In this document: one piece after another, positions 13,480-26,189 of the stretch | How positions within the stretch are numbered: position 1 is the stretch's first letter | Layout of the letters: each line of letters opens with the position of its first letter | From: Raillietiella orientalis | Lineage: Eukaryota | Length of the DNA stretch: 64,000 bases | Reading direction: 5' to 3' | Assembly: GCA_036172245.1 (NCBI GenBank) | Contig: JAYWIR010000017.1 | Span: 3,472,001-3,536,000, forward strand | Made by a program: the position numbers and the translations under genes | The notes under the pieces: model-generated | Seen by the model: the letters and a program-made list of their open reading frames with translations, nothing else | Databases searched by the model: none | What the model was told of the DNA's origin: nothing

Positions 13480-14860
13480 ATGAAATGGAGGAAGGAGAGA
13501 GAGAGAAAATAAATAAATAAATAGGGATGGGACGGGTCACGAGGCGATGAGCGACTTCCGAAGGCCTGCGCCGGGAGGAAACGCTAGAGGTGAGAAGGGA
13601 GGGTCGGTTTCTAGGGAGACCACGATCATCCATCTTCATTTTCGTTTCATCAACTTTTCACACTCGTCCAATATTGAAGGTCGCAGGCGAAGCCACGGTC
13701 ATTCTCTCATCCCGATCTCGCATCTCTTTGCTCTCGAAAGTGTTCCCGAGATGCTCTGATGCAGCCCAGCGCATTCCAAAAGCACGGCGGATGGGTTCCC
13801 CAACACGTTCTTCTCCTAGGTGGGCGCTTTCCTTTGGGATGCCCCCCCCGCAGAGACATGGTTGACATCCTTCGTTCCAAGCATGACTCCGCCGCACCAG
13901 CAAGATAGTCGATAGCGAAGAGAAGGGGGGAGGGGAGACCAGCATCTTCAGTCTTTGTCAGGAAGCTTCAAGAAAATCGATCCACTTCTGCAGATCCTAA
14001 GACTCCGGTACGTGGACGTGGCTTCGCAGCCGCGCCGTTGCCCGTAGAGCGATTGACAACTCTCCACGATCCGGTTGGTCCGCTCCAGCGCTGCAGATGG
14101 AGCTTCCGCTTCCTCTTTCCACCGATGTAGGAGTGATCTCATGACGTGTTGGGCAATCTTGGGATGTTTCTTCGGACATTGTGTTTTCAGATGCTTCCCA
14201 AGAAGACGGATGATGCAGCTGACGATCTGGCCGAGAGAAAGGTTCTCCAGCAAGAAAGGTCGCCGCCGGATTGCAGGGAGTTGCCAGGAAGAGCTCCAGC
14301 ACGCGGTGCCAGTCGTCACGGGTTCGAGCAACCAGAAAGGATCGATGACGGGTTGGATGCAGGTCGTAGGTCTTGTTAACCCCCCACCTTCTACATGATG
14401 ACTCTGAGGTGGTTCCAGGCTTCAGGGATGCATCGATTTGGGTGCGCCCGCTGTCGGATAGACCCACCGAATTAAAATCCAAGAGTGGACCCCTTGGCAT
14501 TCTCTGCTTCGTGCGCACCTTGGGTGAGTGACGGCGAAAGAGGGCTCCAAGTGGGGGCGTCGTCGAGCAGCTCCAATGGTCCCGTGAAGTGCATCCGAAG
14601 GCTCTTCTCTGAAAGCCAAAAAAAAAAAAAGGGTAACGAAGACGAAGAAAAAAAAAAGAACATGGAAGGACCTGGAAAGGTGCAACATTCCCAGCTCTGC
14701 TAGTGCAAATCCATGTGATCCTGTGCTTCCTACCAACAAGTTTCCTTTCGTTGCCGAGAAATCCATTCATGATCCTCCAGGAGCTCTGTATCCGGCAGGA
14801 ACTGTTGGAACTGGTGCTCTTTCTAGCAGTGATCAAACCTAAGGTCACCCATAGTCAATC
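13480..14860 (-). mobile_element. L1/Tx1 LINE 3' portion
   Basis: CQPCLCGGGIPKESAHL zinc-finger remnant (~13815-13870) followed by a pyrimidine-rich 3' UTR. Confidence 0.55.
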
Positions 14861-15007
14861 TTGCTCTGAATTAGTCGCTGCCCGAAACTGACGTTCGGTG
14901 CCACATCTGGTTCTCCCTAGTTGCACCTCGGGATCTGTTGCGTATCATGCTGACACCTCACATTTGATGCTGGTACACAGACACTAAAATTAGTTAGCAT
15001 TCATTTA

Positions 15008-15120
15008 ATGTTAATATTAGTATTCGATTGATATTAGTACCTTAATGTTAGTATCTGATAATGTGAGTATGCGATTCATATGAGTAACCGACGGATATTA
15101 GTATCCTAATATTAATACCC
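15008..15120. repeat. Degenerate AT-rich minisatellite (~14-17 bp unit, core atattagtat)
   Basis: About 7 diverged copies: taatattagtattcga, gatattagtacct, taatgttagtatctga, taatgtgagtatgcga, catatgagtaaccga, gatattagtatcc, taatattaatacc. Confidence 0.65.
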
Positions 15121-15349
15121 TCTTTCAAATTAGAATGAACTTGAGTTGCTATCCAGATATTCATATTAATTGATATTTTTGGAAAAGAAGATGCACCTCA
15201 GTTCCTTCAGATACCACTATGGCCTTGCATCCCGGATGAAGAGGGTTACTATTCATTTAATGGTGTCTGAAGGAAGTAAGGTTAGCTGAAGTCAAACCGA
15301 ATCTTCCAGTCATCTTGATGCAGTCCGTTAGCGAGCGGTCCGAACGTGC

Positions 15350-16200
15350 TCTTCCGGGAGCAGCGGAGGCCATTGGTCTCGTCCAAGTGGATCAACTGTA
15401 AAACCTCAAGGGAAGCACGTGAAAAAGTCGGGCGGGTTTTATTCCGCAATCAGGTACGGAAGGGAATAAGAAGTCCGTCTCTGGAGGATGTGGCAGACCA
15501 GCACTCGGCCAAACCGAGAGGTCCTTCTTGATACCCATAGCCAGCGGGTTCGATGGGTCGGAATATGTCAGAGAAATCAGCAGAAAGCAAAGCGGAGATA
15601 GATGGATGAGAAGGGAAAAGTATCTTCCATGACTCGAAGCACGCTCTGGGCATCTCCGAAAATTCTTTGCAGAAGAGACATTTCGATTTTCCCTATCTCC
15701 TTCGGGCAGCAGGGTATCCGCGAGGGATCGAGGTGGAGGAGACGTTTTTCGTGTTCATCAACGGACACCTCAGCTGTCATGAAGACCCATCCCAAGAAAC
15801 GGCTCGGTCGAAAATGGACGCAGGTGAAACTGCAAACGCGCGCGGAGCATCGGGATTTCAGATCAGATTGCCCGCTGGCTTGGCTAAGCTTCCGGATGAA
15901 CAGGATCCGGAAAGCAGGCTTCGTGAATATTTCTTCTTGTTCGTTTTCTCACTCCCAGCCTCTCTTCCGAGAAACACCCGGCGCGCCTGCCGAAACGGTC
16001 TGCAGTTTTTTTACAGCGACGATGATTCGCGGGGTTCGCATTTCGTAAAATATGACACCACGGGAAGATTGCGTCCGCATCCTCGAACCAGATGCCTTTG
16101 TGGGCTTGCACGAGCTCAAAAGGGAATCCGCTTCCATGGCAATACCGGCGCAAAGTGGTCGCAACATAGGAAAGGCTAAAATTCCACGAAATGAAAATAA
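15350..16200 (-). mobile_element. hAT transposase relic (N-terminal part)
   Basis: BED-like CKPTK..HILRNA; VFMTAEV (TADxW-like); atgacagctga also present at ~18490-18500. Confidence 0.5.
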
Positions 16201-17299
16201 AGAAAAGTGGAAGAATTGACGGATGGTCTGAGGGTATGCCTGAAAATGCCAAACGCACATGTTTGTCTTTTCGAGGAACCCCGTGAAACCAATGCAAAGG
16301 AATCAGGAATTTTGAGGCTTCCAAATCAATCATCGAAGATCATCATCTCAGTGCTAACTAAAAAAAACTCACACATCACTTCGAGAACGAGGATTCAGGT
16401 TCTAATCAGAGAATACTCAAGAAGGAGAATTCTCAATGGAATTTCCTGGATTCTCGAGTTTTCCTTTTTCGGGGTGGGGCGGGGAGGTTGGTTTTGGTTT
16501 TAGATAGTAACTGTGATTGCAAGATGCAACGCAAATGATGAAGGGGGATTCTCCTCCATCTCCACAGTTTGATGCTCTTCTCCAATCGGTCCTGTGGAGG
16601 AGGCTGTGGTCTTCGAAGGGGTTGCTCTTTTACCTCTAGTTGAGTCCAGCCGATACTTCCAAGTATTCAACGCGGGTACTGGCTATTGGAACACTTCCCC
16701 TTGCTGCTGAGATCCTTTGCATAAGGCAGAAGTGAGGACCCCAGTCCTCGATGCGAGAACTCCTTTAGCTATCTGGAGACTTCCAGAGCTGTCGCTGGGT
16801 TCTCGGAAGAGAAGACACGATCGCTCGCACCTCGACCCTAACCACCGAGTTCAATGAGCTGTGCTCTTCTCGAAACAGAAGATGCAAGGAACGCTGTGGT
16901 TGCAGATCATTCGATGATTGAGGCTCCTGGTAAACTGCAATGCGAGTCACCCTACAGTCAGCAGGCTGGCGCATGGAACAGGCATACGGGAAGAATTTTT
17001 CCTCTCATTTCTGGATTTCAGTAGTAGAGTCCTCGGAAGAGTAAGAAATCAGTTTCGTCTCTCATCCGGCACCGCTGCATTCCTAGGATTGAGCCTCTCC
17101 TTTCGCGTCAACATTCCGGAGCTCAGTATTGCAGACGTTTCTTCCTGCGCTTTGTCAGGATGAAGCTGGATTTTGCCAGCTTCCCATTAGGATGAGTGGG
17201 AGCAACCGTTGCCAGGTACAACAGTGTCTTTATAGCCGACATTGCTTCCGAAAGATCCAACAGTTTCCCTGGAAATACTTTTTGAATTCTGTGGGGAGG

Positions 17300-18800
17300 A
17301 TGGATTAGCAGGAAAGAAAGAGAAAAAAAACAAGCTGACTGGTTTCTTGCAGAGTGTTCCTCCCTGACAAAACCATGCAGCGTTCAGTGACCTGAAAGAT
17401 GAAGGAATCTGCTTGCAAAATGAAAAACGTGTGCAGCTTCCATCGTGAAGCATCTCAGGTGTGCAAGGAGAGAAAGACATTTCAGAGACCTCCCAAAGCG
17501 AACCCATTTTGAAACGAGGCGTTTTTCCACGGGACGAAATTTTCCACGGTTATACTGAGCTCGGCCAAGAGACGGTCAGCTCGATTACGGTCAGCTAGAT
17601 GCGGAGAAAGAGAAACGTTGCCGCATCCCTAATGGAAAGCCAGGAACCTCTCTCTAACAAGGGTGGTGAAGTGCGGCGCACATAGCCTGTTCATCCCGGA
17701 TGTGGGCAATGCATCGATCTCCTGTGTTCCAAACCACAAAATCTAATGAAGACCACTGGACGGTAGAAAGGTTTCTCAGGGAAGTGGGAAGGTTTCCTGA
17801 CCTCCCAGGGACTTTATTGGTCTAATCCTGAGATGATATTTCGAGATCGAGGAAACTGTGTGGCCCACGCTGGTTTGAGGCGCCACTTGAGAGAATCCTT
17901 GCCGTTGTTTGTTCACTGCGAGCTGACCTTAACTGGAATCATCTTGGATACGAACAAGCAGGTGTGCTTCGAGCCACGTCGGACAGCACCTTCTCCAAGA
18001 ACGAGAACGAGCCGGAGAACGAAAGCTGAAAGCAGCTTCAAAGACCCCACAAACGCTCGAAACTTCTGGAAGGTCTCCAGTTTTGCGATTCGACGCAGGA
18101 AGTTTCGATCTCTCAAGTGCCATCGTGTTGCCACGTTAGCGGGCTGGAATCTAACCGCGATTGCCACTGAAACATGTATCTGCAGCTCCTGCGGAAACGT
18201 CCGTGAGCCTAGCACAAGAAACTCTAATCTGCACAGATTCTGCACCACTGTCAACTTTATGAAAAATGAAAATGTTCGTCTGTTAGCTTCGATGTGTGCA
18301 CACTTGCGCTTTGGAAGCTCCGGCTCCACTGTACCCATCGCATCAATCAAGTATAAAGGACCGTGAACACCAAGTTGCACCTCCCTGTTCGTCCAGAGAG
18401 ATGTCCTGTTAAATAAGGATTTCCATTTGGATGATGCCTCAGGTTGATTCCGAATGGGGAAATCGCCCCGATCTTTTCGGGACCACACATCAGCTGTCAT
18501 AATGGAGAGTGCCCTCCTAGAAGCTGGAAGGAGATTTTTCTTCTAAGCAAAACGTGGTTGCCTCAACCGTTTTCTTTTTTTGCTCCATCTTCAAAGATGG
18601 CCTGTGGAGAGAGAGCTCTGTTCACGTCGGGGATAGCGATGGCCTGTAGGAACACCATGGGCAATCGCGCACATCCACGCGTCTATCTAATGACTTTTCC
18701 TCGTTGCCTGCATCAGCGAGGAATTGGGACTTTTTCTCAAGAGCCAACAAGAGTTTTCCAGCCAACGCGGGACACCTGAACATGCCACAGGAAGTGAGTG
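17300..18800 (-). mobile_element. hAT transposase relic
   Basis: ORF 17913-18500 has MTADVWS, RKCAH (CxxH-like) and PANVATRW; PSS..GG dimerisation-like remnant near 17360-17410. Confidence 0.75.
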
Positions 18801-18879
18801 GATGACGCTTGCAGGCAAAATGAAAAGTCCTGCTCTTTTTACGGGGTAATTAATGTGGGATTCCAGCTACATCGGTTTC

Positions 18880-19462
18880 GATCCTGAAAGATCATGAAAA
18901 ATAAACGTGTATGCTTATTCCGCATAGATTGATATACAAATGTATTTGGATATACACATTTATTTATATTTGTTACCGTATATGTATCATTAACAGTGAT
19001 AGTATTGGAACAGCTATACTTATTAGGCTTCATTGGCATACATCTTATTAATATAATTAATAAGGTGTTGATTCTATTGTTGATATACATATCAGAAGCT
19101 GCAAAAAATAAACATACGTGCTTATTGTAGACATTAATATTTATACACAATATAAATATGAGCACACATATATTTATATATGTATGTTTCTATATTGTGT
19201 TCATATCTATTATACATATCAGTGCATATTCATATAAATTTTTGTAATCTTTATATATATCAACGACAGAATCAAAAACTTATTAATTTTATTAATAAAA
19301 TGTATGTCACTGAATCTAAGTAAACATCTGTTCCAATGATATCACTGCCAATAATGTGCACGTTAATAAATACTAATAACTATATTTTTTAACAAAAACT
19401 GTAAATTACTTTATGTAAGATAAGCACATATGTGTGTATTTATTGTCTATGATCTTCCGGGA
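18880..19462. mobile_element. AT-rich whole-length imperfect palindrome (foldback/MITE-like)
   Basis: Ends tcctgaaagatcatgaaaaataaa vs rc tcccggaagatcatagacaataaa (19/24); 18994-19110 aligns to rc of 19238-19347; centre ~19170. Confidence 0.8.
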
Positions 19463-19799
19463 CTCCAGACGTTCGGGAGTTTGAGCCAGACTACATATCA
19501 TATCAGCACAGAGTAAACTCACTCATCACAGGGATGAGCAAGGACCAGTGTAGCTGCTCCTATTCACAGCCTCCGCTGCTGCATGAATTTTTCAATGCTG
19601 CGCTTTCCACGCTCGCTCCGCGCAAGCAGATTCACTTATGCAGCTTTAATGATCGTAGTTTATGAGGGTGGGACATTCTGAGATTTATCTTATCGAACAA
19701 CAAACATGCATATCCTCTGATCAAGTGAGTTTACCCTTTAGGTTCAACGGCTGACTCATCTTCCGTCGAATTAAAAAGACCCCAATTTTCCTGTTGAAT

Positions 19800-20930
19800 A
19801 ACTCCAGATATAATTCCGTTATTTGAGTCAATGTCGTTAACCCTATCCGATATTTGCACAGTGAACCAGAATGGGATTTCCGTTTTGGTTTTCCTCCTCC
19901 GTTTCTATCTATCTATCTGTCTTCCTCCCTCTCCTTCTCATACGAAATCCGATGAATGCCGAATGAAAGTGCCTCAATTTTTAATGTAATCCCATGTCTC
20001 CTAAGGTCGGCAGTAGCAACTTCGTACACGTCGACGGAGCATCTCGGGAAATTGAAAATTTCAGTGCGAATTTGGATCCAGTGCACCAGAAAATTAAATT
20101 CCTGCACTGCATCCTACCTTAACAAGCAAAACTTTCCCTGCTTGAGGATCCGGGAGGTTGCGGAGAAGAAGGTGGTGCAAGGACGCTTCCACAGGAGCTG
20201 CAGCCACGATAGCGGTATTCAGTTCCGGTTGTGGCAGCAATCGCGAGTAGACCCCGCCCAGCTAACGTGACAACATGCCGCACTTAAAAGAGCTCGAAAC
20301 TTCCTGCCTTGAATTGCAAAACTGGAGGCCTTCCAGAAGTTCCCGAAGTCTCTGGAAGGTAGAAAAGGAGGGAGAACAAGAAGTGCTTCAAATGACGCAA
20401 GACTTTAAAAAGCAACTTTTCAAATATTTCTTCCAATCCCGAGGCCATCGAACTGATCCCGGACGTTGCCGCTACTAGCACAGCAAACGGATACCCTGTT
20501 TCAGGAATTCTGCCATGTTCGGGAAATCCGTCAGCGACCTTTCGAGGAAAGTGTTTAGATGGGAAACCCCAAGAAAGAAGAAAGTTTGGAGCGCATAAAA
20601 AATTCCAAAGGCAGGCGAGAGTGATCCCAACTCTTTGGTTACAAAGAAGACTGAAAGAGAACATCCGAGTGCACATGACGTGTAACAAGGAACCAGACAA
20701 GCAAATGGAACCGGGCTGTCAAATAGGATATGGCACTGTTTTCGAAACGTTTAAATATACAGTCTCTCTGCGAATAACTCTTATAGATTCTCAGCCTGCG
20801 AAAACAAGCAGAAGGCTTCTAAGGAACACTGGTTTTCCATCAGCAGCAACATTCGCTCCATCTGGATGCGATGAAAAAATCCATAACGAGAAGAAACTGT
20901 GCCTCGTGCTATCCGTATTGCAAATCTGTC
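19800..20930 (+). mobile_element. hAT transposase relic, same family as 17300-18800
   Basis: RNFL..IAKLEAFQKF vs RNFLRRIAKLETFQKF; gctaacgtg(a/g)caaca shared; NTGFPSAA dimerisation-domain remnant (~20825). Confidence 0.65.
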
Positions 20931-21169
20931 CTTAAAAACGAAGCGCAAGTATGTAAGAGTAGCAGAAAATGGTAGTTGTGAGGTTGAAGACCGGTGTTTT
21001 GGGGTTCGATTCTCGCCCGGGTGCTCAAAGGCGTTTATTTCAAAGATAAACATCTCATGAGAACTGTGGCTGGACTATCGGTCCAGCCACGCACAATTTA
21101 AGAGAGACCTGCTGGGTCACCGGTTCGCAGACTGGGGCGTGGTCTACCAAGGCAGCAGAGAGGAGAGGA

Positions 21170-22090
21170 CAAAGGAAAAAAAAGAAACAGAAAATGAAAA
21201 TAAATGCACTTTGGGGGAGGGGGGAAGGGGCGGTAAAGGATCACATTCTCTATAGGATGCCGGCTAGGTCTAGCTAGATATTGCTGTTCAGGTGGGGTTA
21301 TCGCGTTGCTATCCTGATGAAAAGGACGGCGAAGTGGATGGAATCCCTATCGCTGAGTCCTCCTGTTGATTAGCTCCATGCAGTCACGATCCTGCTTAGG
21401 CAGCACAGGACTGCTAGCGAGGCCGCTGGACGAAGGGCGTCGCGAACGAAGAGGGGTTTTAAAGAGTACCCCGATTTGCCTCCGGGGGCTCCCAGGGCCG
21501 CGGCAAAGCGTTCCCAGAGGGACAGGAGGGCAACACAGTCCACTAACCGGTGGGAGAAGGATTCGCGCTCCCTGCCCATGGCACAGTTGGGGTCCATACA
21601 CACCCGCGTCTCGTGATGACGGTGGGAGTTGCAAAGGGAGATCCCAGTGAAGCACCAGCAGCGCCAACTCCTTCCACTTCAGGGGGAGGGAGATGGTGTC
21701 CCTGAGCACCGGGGGCCACTTCCGACGGAACATCCAGTAGCTCGCCTTAGCTCAAGAGTCCATGGGCTGGTGTACTCAGGATCGCAGCGTCGGTGAGCTG
21801 GCCCGTCTTCCACTTGCCCAGTGTGCTTTGGAGTTCGATGATTTGAAGCAATTGACCAAGTCATCTCAAGACTCGCACGTCGCTTTCTCCGCCAAACAGC
21901 CGAAGTGCACGTGACGTAAACCCCAAAGCCATCACTTTCTGTTCGGCTGCAGGGAATCCCCCAAAGGGTCAACTTCTAGTTCCCAGCTACTAGTCAGCGA
22001 GCGAACTGCTGCGACTAGTAGCCAGGAATCTGCTGCGGATCCAAGAGAACCCTGCCAATGTCCTGCAATCTCCTAGAGCCATCTCGTTAT
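21170..22090 (-). mobile_element. L1/Tx1 LINE 3' end
   Basis: LPLKWKELALLVLHWDLP plus CMDPNC..ESFSHRLVDC..LW (zf-RVT-like); pyrimidine-rich tail. Confidence 0.8.
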
Positions 22091-22199
22091 TTTCTGCTGT
22101 CGCCCACGTAAGTCAAAAAGAACGAATCAAAAAAGTTGATTGGAATGTTCTCTAAATTGAGATGACGTCACTAACAAACATCGCTAACATTTGTTAGTG

Positions 22200-24130
22200 A
22201 CGTTCGGTGACCGAAAGAGAAATCGCCATGGTGTGAGAGCTCCTGATGTGTGAATGCGAGGCAGAGAATCCAGCGGATTACTTCCGCATATAACAAGAAG
22301 TCTTACAATCTACGGTTCACTGATTACCCAGTCCGGAGGTCAGATGATTCTATCTTATCTAGTTCCAAAATTATGGCGTTTAAACTGGTCATCTACAAGG
22401 TGTCTTTTGTTTGGTTTGGTTTCCCTCCTTGCTCACCAATATCATCTACAAGAGATCTGAAGAGCCATTTCGTTTTCTTCCTTTTGCATTTTTAAGTTTT
22501 TGCGGCAAGAGAAGAGCGACGAAAGATGCCCAAGAAAATGGGAGTCTGGAAACTGAAAAAGAAGAGTTGTGAACGGGTCAGCTGCCACTGCACTTCTAAT
22601 TGCAGTTGTCATAATGACCCTTTTTAAATACGACTTACCAAAGTGCGATCTGAAAAGGATGGTCACCAAGCAGTGACTTCACTGATTCTTAACCGATTCA
22701 TCTCCAGGCTGCAATTTCAGGTGCACAAAGCAATGGAGGAACCTACAGTGAGACTACTGTGTCCGACGTTTGAATCCAGCAGTTTCTTTTGAGTTGTTCT
22801 GGAGGAGTATAGAAAATTGGTTTCCAGAAATAAATTATTGAAACATATTTGCTTTTACTTGGCATGGCGGCAACCGACCGCAGTCATCCTTGCATGTAAT
22901 GTGCTCATGCATAAAGCTCAAAAACTGTGTACATCGAGGCCAGGAATTTACTTCAGGATGGAAGCACAAGAAAGGCGAATGCTCCTGAAAACAAGAGCCA
23001 TTCATTACTTTGCACTTTGCACCATAGCAACAAGTTTACATTGAAATAGCGAATAAATGGAACAAAAATCATGATGAATTCAGTGAGCTATCTCTTATTC
23101 AGTCATGTTGACGTCACACGACAAAAAAATCCCTGCACCTTCCTGGCTACCAACAAGACGATCTTCCAGAATACGTTAAAATAAAGCTATCAAGATACAG
23201 CCTCAATGAAAGCGGCAGCACCACAAATGGAAACCTCACACATTTCTTATTATCTCAGCGTTTCCAAGGTTCGAAACGATAAGACACAGGGTTCCAGAAC
23301 GAAATCCTTTCGCCGCCAAAGTCTGGAGCAGCGTTAATGAGAAGGCAGACTTCTACAAAACAACAGAAAGAAAAGAAAGAAAGAGCAGGAAGAAGAGAGC
23401 CTTTGTTTAGTGACAAAAGCTCTCTTCCCAAATGCGGAAGGAACGGAGTGAATTGGAAAACAGTAGTGATTCTTGCGATCCGCGTGGCAGTTCGAAGATG
23501 CTCGAAGATGCACTTCAAGAAAGGGATTTTCACGAGTTCGCAGAGCACATAAAAAAGTTCCATCTCGGGCTGCAGATACCAACCTAAAGGTTTCTCCAGA
23601 TGGAAGCTGCGATCTCTGCAAATGTTCATACATCCATTCTTGCCCCTAGACGAGATAAGGGCATGAGCTCTTTGTAAACAGCTGCAGCCCGCCTCTGTTT
23701 CAACAAGACCTTGTCGTTCACTGTTTCCTTGGATTCCATCTGGAACAACCCTTTTGGTCATGTACATGCAGCCGAACGCATGCAAAATGGCATCGAATCG
23801 AACAGATCACGGTGGTTTCCCATTGCTGGAACCGTTTTCTTTCTTGAAACCTCCGCTGCAAAACATCCTCATCTTGTTGACGTTGACTGCGTTTCTCGAA
23901 CAAGTCCGTAACCATGGAAGGACATCTTCAGTTAAACAATACGCTGCCTAGTTCTTCCCACAAATATGGGATTTCAAAACAGGGACCTCTCTCAGCATCT
24001 TCTGCATACGCGCTTGAAACAAAGCGCAAAAGAGAGACAACCTCATCAGCACAAAAATACACTGACTCTGTCTGGCGAGTGCCCTTTTCTGTCTCTTCGT
24101 TTCTCAGCTTCGGTTCTCCGTGGGCTTTAA
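22200..24130 (-). mobile_element. hAT transposase relic
   Basis: VYFCADE (TAD-like), RCHFAC, PRWNFF (TRWN-like, ~23555-23570), AADPF, and a dimerisation-like C-terminus. Confidence 0.55.
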
Positions 24131-24815
24131 CCAAGGAAGACGAAAATTCTTCCTTCCGTCTTCATAAATACGTTTTAATCGATTTCCTCTTAAAGAATAA
24201 GATGACACGTCATGTACGGTTCTTTTCACTCATGATTGTCTTTTCTGCTTCTTGGGCTGGCTGTAAGGCAAAAGACGTCTTCCGACTACGACACCGAAGA
24301 GAAGTCGTGATTTGGGGGAAGGGGATACAGTCCCTTTTCATCGCAAGCGGAGAATGAATCATCGGAGACCGTTGGAGCTGCCGACTCATCCAAAACAGCT
24401 CATCAGCGGTGGTAGTATCGGAGTGAGGATGAAAATTCTCCTCCCAAAAGGATGAAGAGTTTCAGCTTTCGAAATCGGGTTCCAGGATCAAAAAGACCAG
24501 CCGCGCTCGTTTCTCCGAGTGCTGCTCAGTCGAATGGTTCAAACTGCAGTAAGCAGGGATTCCGGAACAAGAGGCATCACCTGTTCCCAGAGTTCACTCG
24601 GTCTGGTTGCTCCGGCCGCCCGCAGAATGTGACGGCTCCTTTTGAAACGGCTGCAGAATCCGATGTGAGAAACTCGGTGCAGCTGTCACCGGTGGCGGCG
24701 GGGCCGACGCTTTTCATGACCCGGGATGAAATCGCGCATCATCATCTTCACTCCGAAGCTTCCCTTAAAAAAAGCGCGCTGGGGTCACAAGGTCCACGCG
24801 GTAACGTGGCCGTCC

Positions 24816-25338
24816 GGTCACAAGGTCCGTGCTGACGGCCGTGTGGCTACCGTCTCAGCGTCCTGTATCGACCGTTGAGGGTTCGAATCCCACCCGAGGA
24901 AGGAACGCTATGGGTGCGTCTTGGGATTCGAGTCCCCATCACAGGATGACGGTGGTTGTCAGGATTGAAGGTGCTGCCATATCCGAGGCCTACAGACCTC
25001 GGGTATGGCAGCACTGGTGGAATCTGAATGGTCCAAATCGACTAGCCGGGATCAGAAGTTGACCCTCCGGTGTCGTTCCAGGATTCGAGATGCCGGTTCC
25101 TTTCTGGCTCCACTACCAAACGTGAGAGGAACGAACTCCTTCCTGCGGAGCCTTCCTGGATTCATAGGGTGGTCCCAACGGGGTTACCCCCTAACTTGAA
25201 GAGTGGCACGTTCCCTCGGGTGGCGTGGACGGTGCTAAGGAGCTTTGTGGGGCCTTTCCTCCCCTCCCCTCTCCATGGAGGCGGACGATTTTCCCGCACT
25301 CGGCTAACCAAAATAAAGAAAACCCGAAAAAAAAAAAA
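24816..25338 (+). mobile_element. tRNA-derived SINE, diverged relative of the 47.7/61.4 kb element
   Basis: A-box-like cggccgtgtgg, B-box ggttcgaatcc; shared core cgtgagaggaacg..ccttcctggattcataggg..acccccta; aataaa and A-rich tail. Confidence 0.75.
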
Positions 25339-26189
25339 CTACAGGGAAGGCAGGGAAAACAGAAGAACCCCAAAGGATTTGCATCATCCGAATTCATTTT
25401 GCACCAATCTCGATTCCCGCCTGCTGCTAGTGAGCGGGCCCATCCGGCCGTGCGGGCTCATGAGCATCCAACAGATGCACACTCCCCCCCCCTCCCCGAA
25501 TTCGTCTGGGTTTACCTCAGCGCCATCACGTGGGGAACCGACGAGACCCACGATGCGTCCAGCTCGGTGTCGATCCTTTCCGGTTACTCGAATCGGCGAC
25601 GCCTGGTGCCGCACGGGGGTGCCGTTGGCTACGCGGTCCCGCCGACGCGTGTGTTTCCCCGCGAGATGCGTCGTTTCGCATGCCCGGCAGCGTGCCACTC
25701 GCGCATTGCAGGGTCGTCGTTCAGGTCGTTCGATTTCCCCCAGCTCTCCTGTCCTTTTTAAAAGTTGATCCCCATGGGCGAAAGGGAATGGCAGCAGTGG
25801 GCCCACTCGCGCCAGACATTTCCTGCGCTATCGAGTGATGATGAAAGCAGATTTTTCTCGCCCTCCCTTAGAAATGGCTGCCGCTTTCGAATCCCGTGCG
25901 CGGATGAAATGATAAAAAAAAAAAAATGAGGACCATAGAAGGATGTTTTCGAGCCAAATCCATGGCGTGCTTTTTCACGCATAACTCTGAAGATGACCAC
26001 AGGATGGTGGTGGTCGTCTCACCATATCAATTTAAGATTTGGAAGCAAAACTTCCAGCGGCATCCATCATCCCAGAGCTTCTGGCTGATGCTGGCAATGC
26101 ATTCTGAGCCGCTGGCGAAAAATGGACGAAACATCGAAAAATGACTACGAGTCCGTGAGCTGAAAAAAAAAAGAAAAACTTGCTAGGAG

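Noticed and set aside
16500..17200. Possible gag/ORF1 relic on the minus strand
   Set aside because: Only faint Cys/His remnants; not enough to call
24830..24900. tRNA gene (also ~47715, ~55435, ~62040)
   Set aside because: A/B boxes are present but I cannot fold a full cloverleaf; these belong to the SINE family
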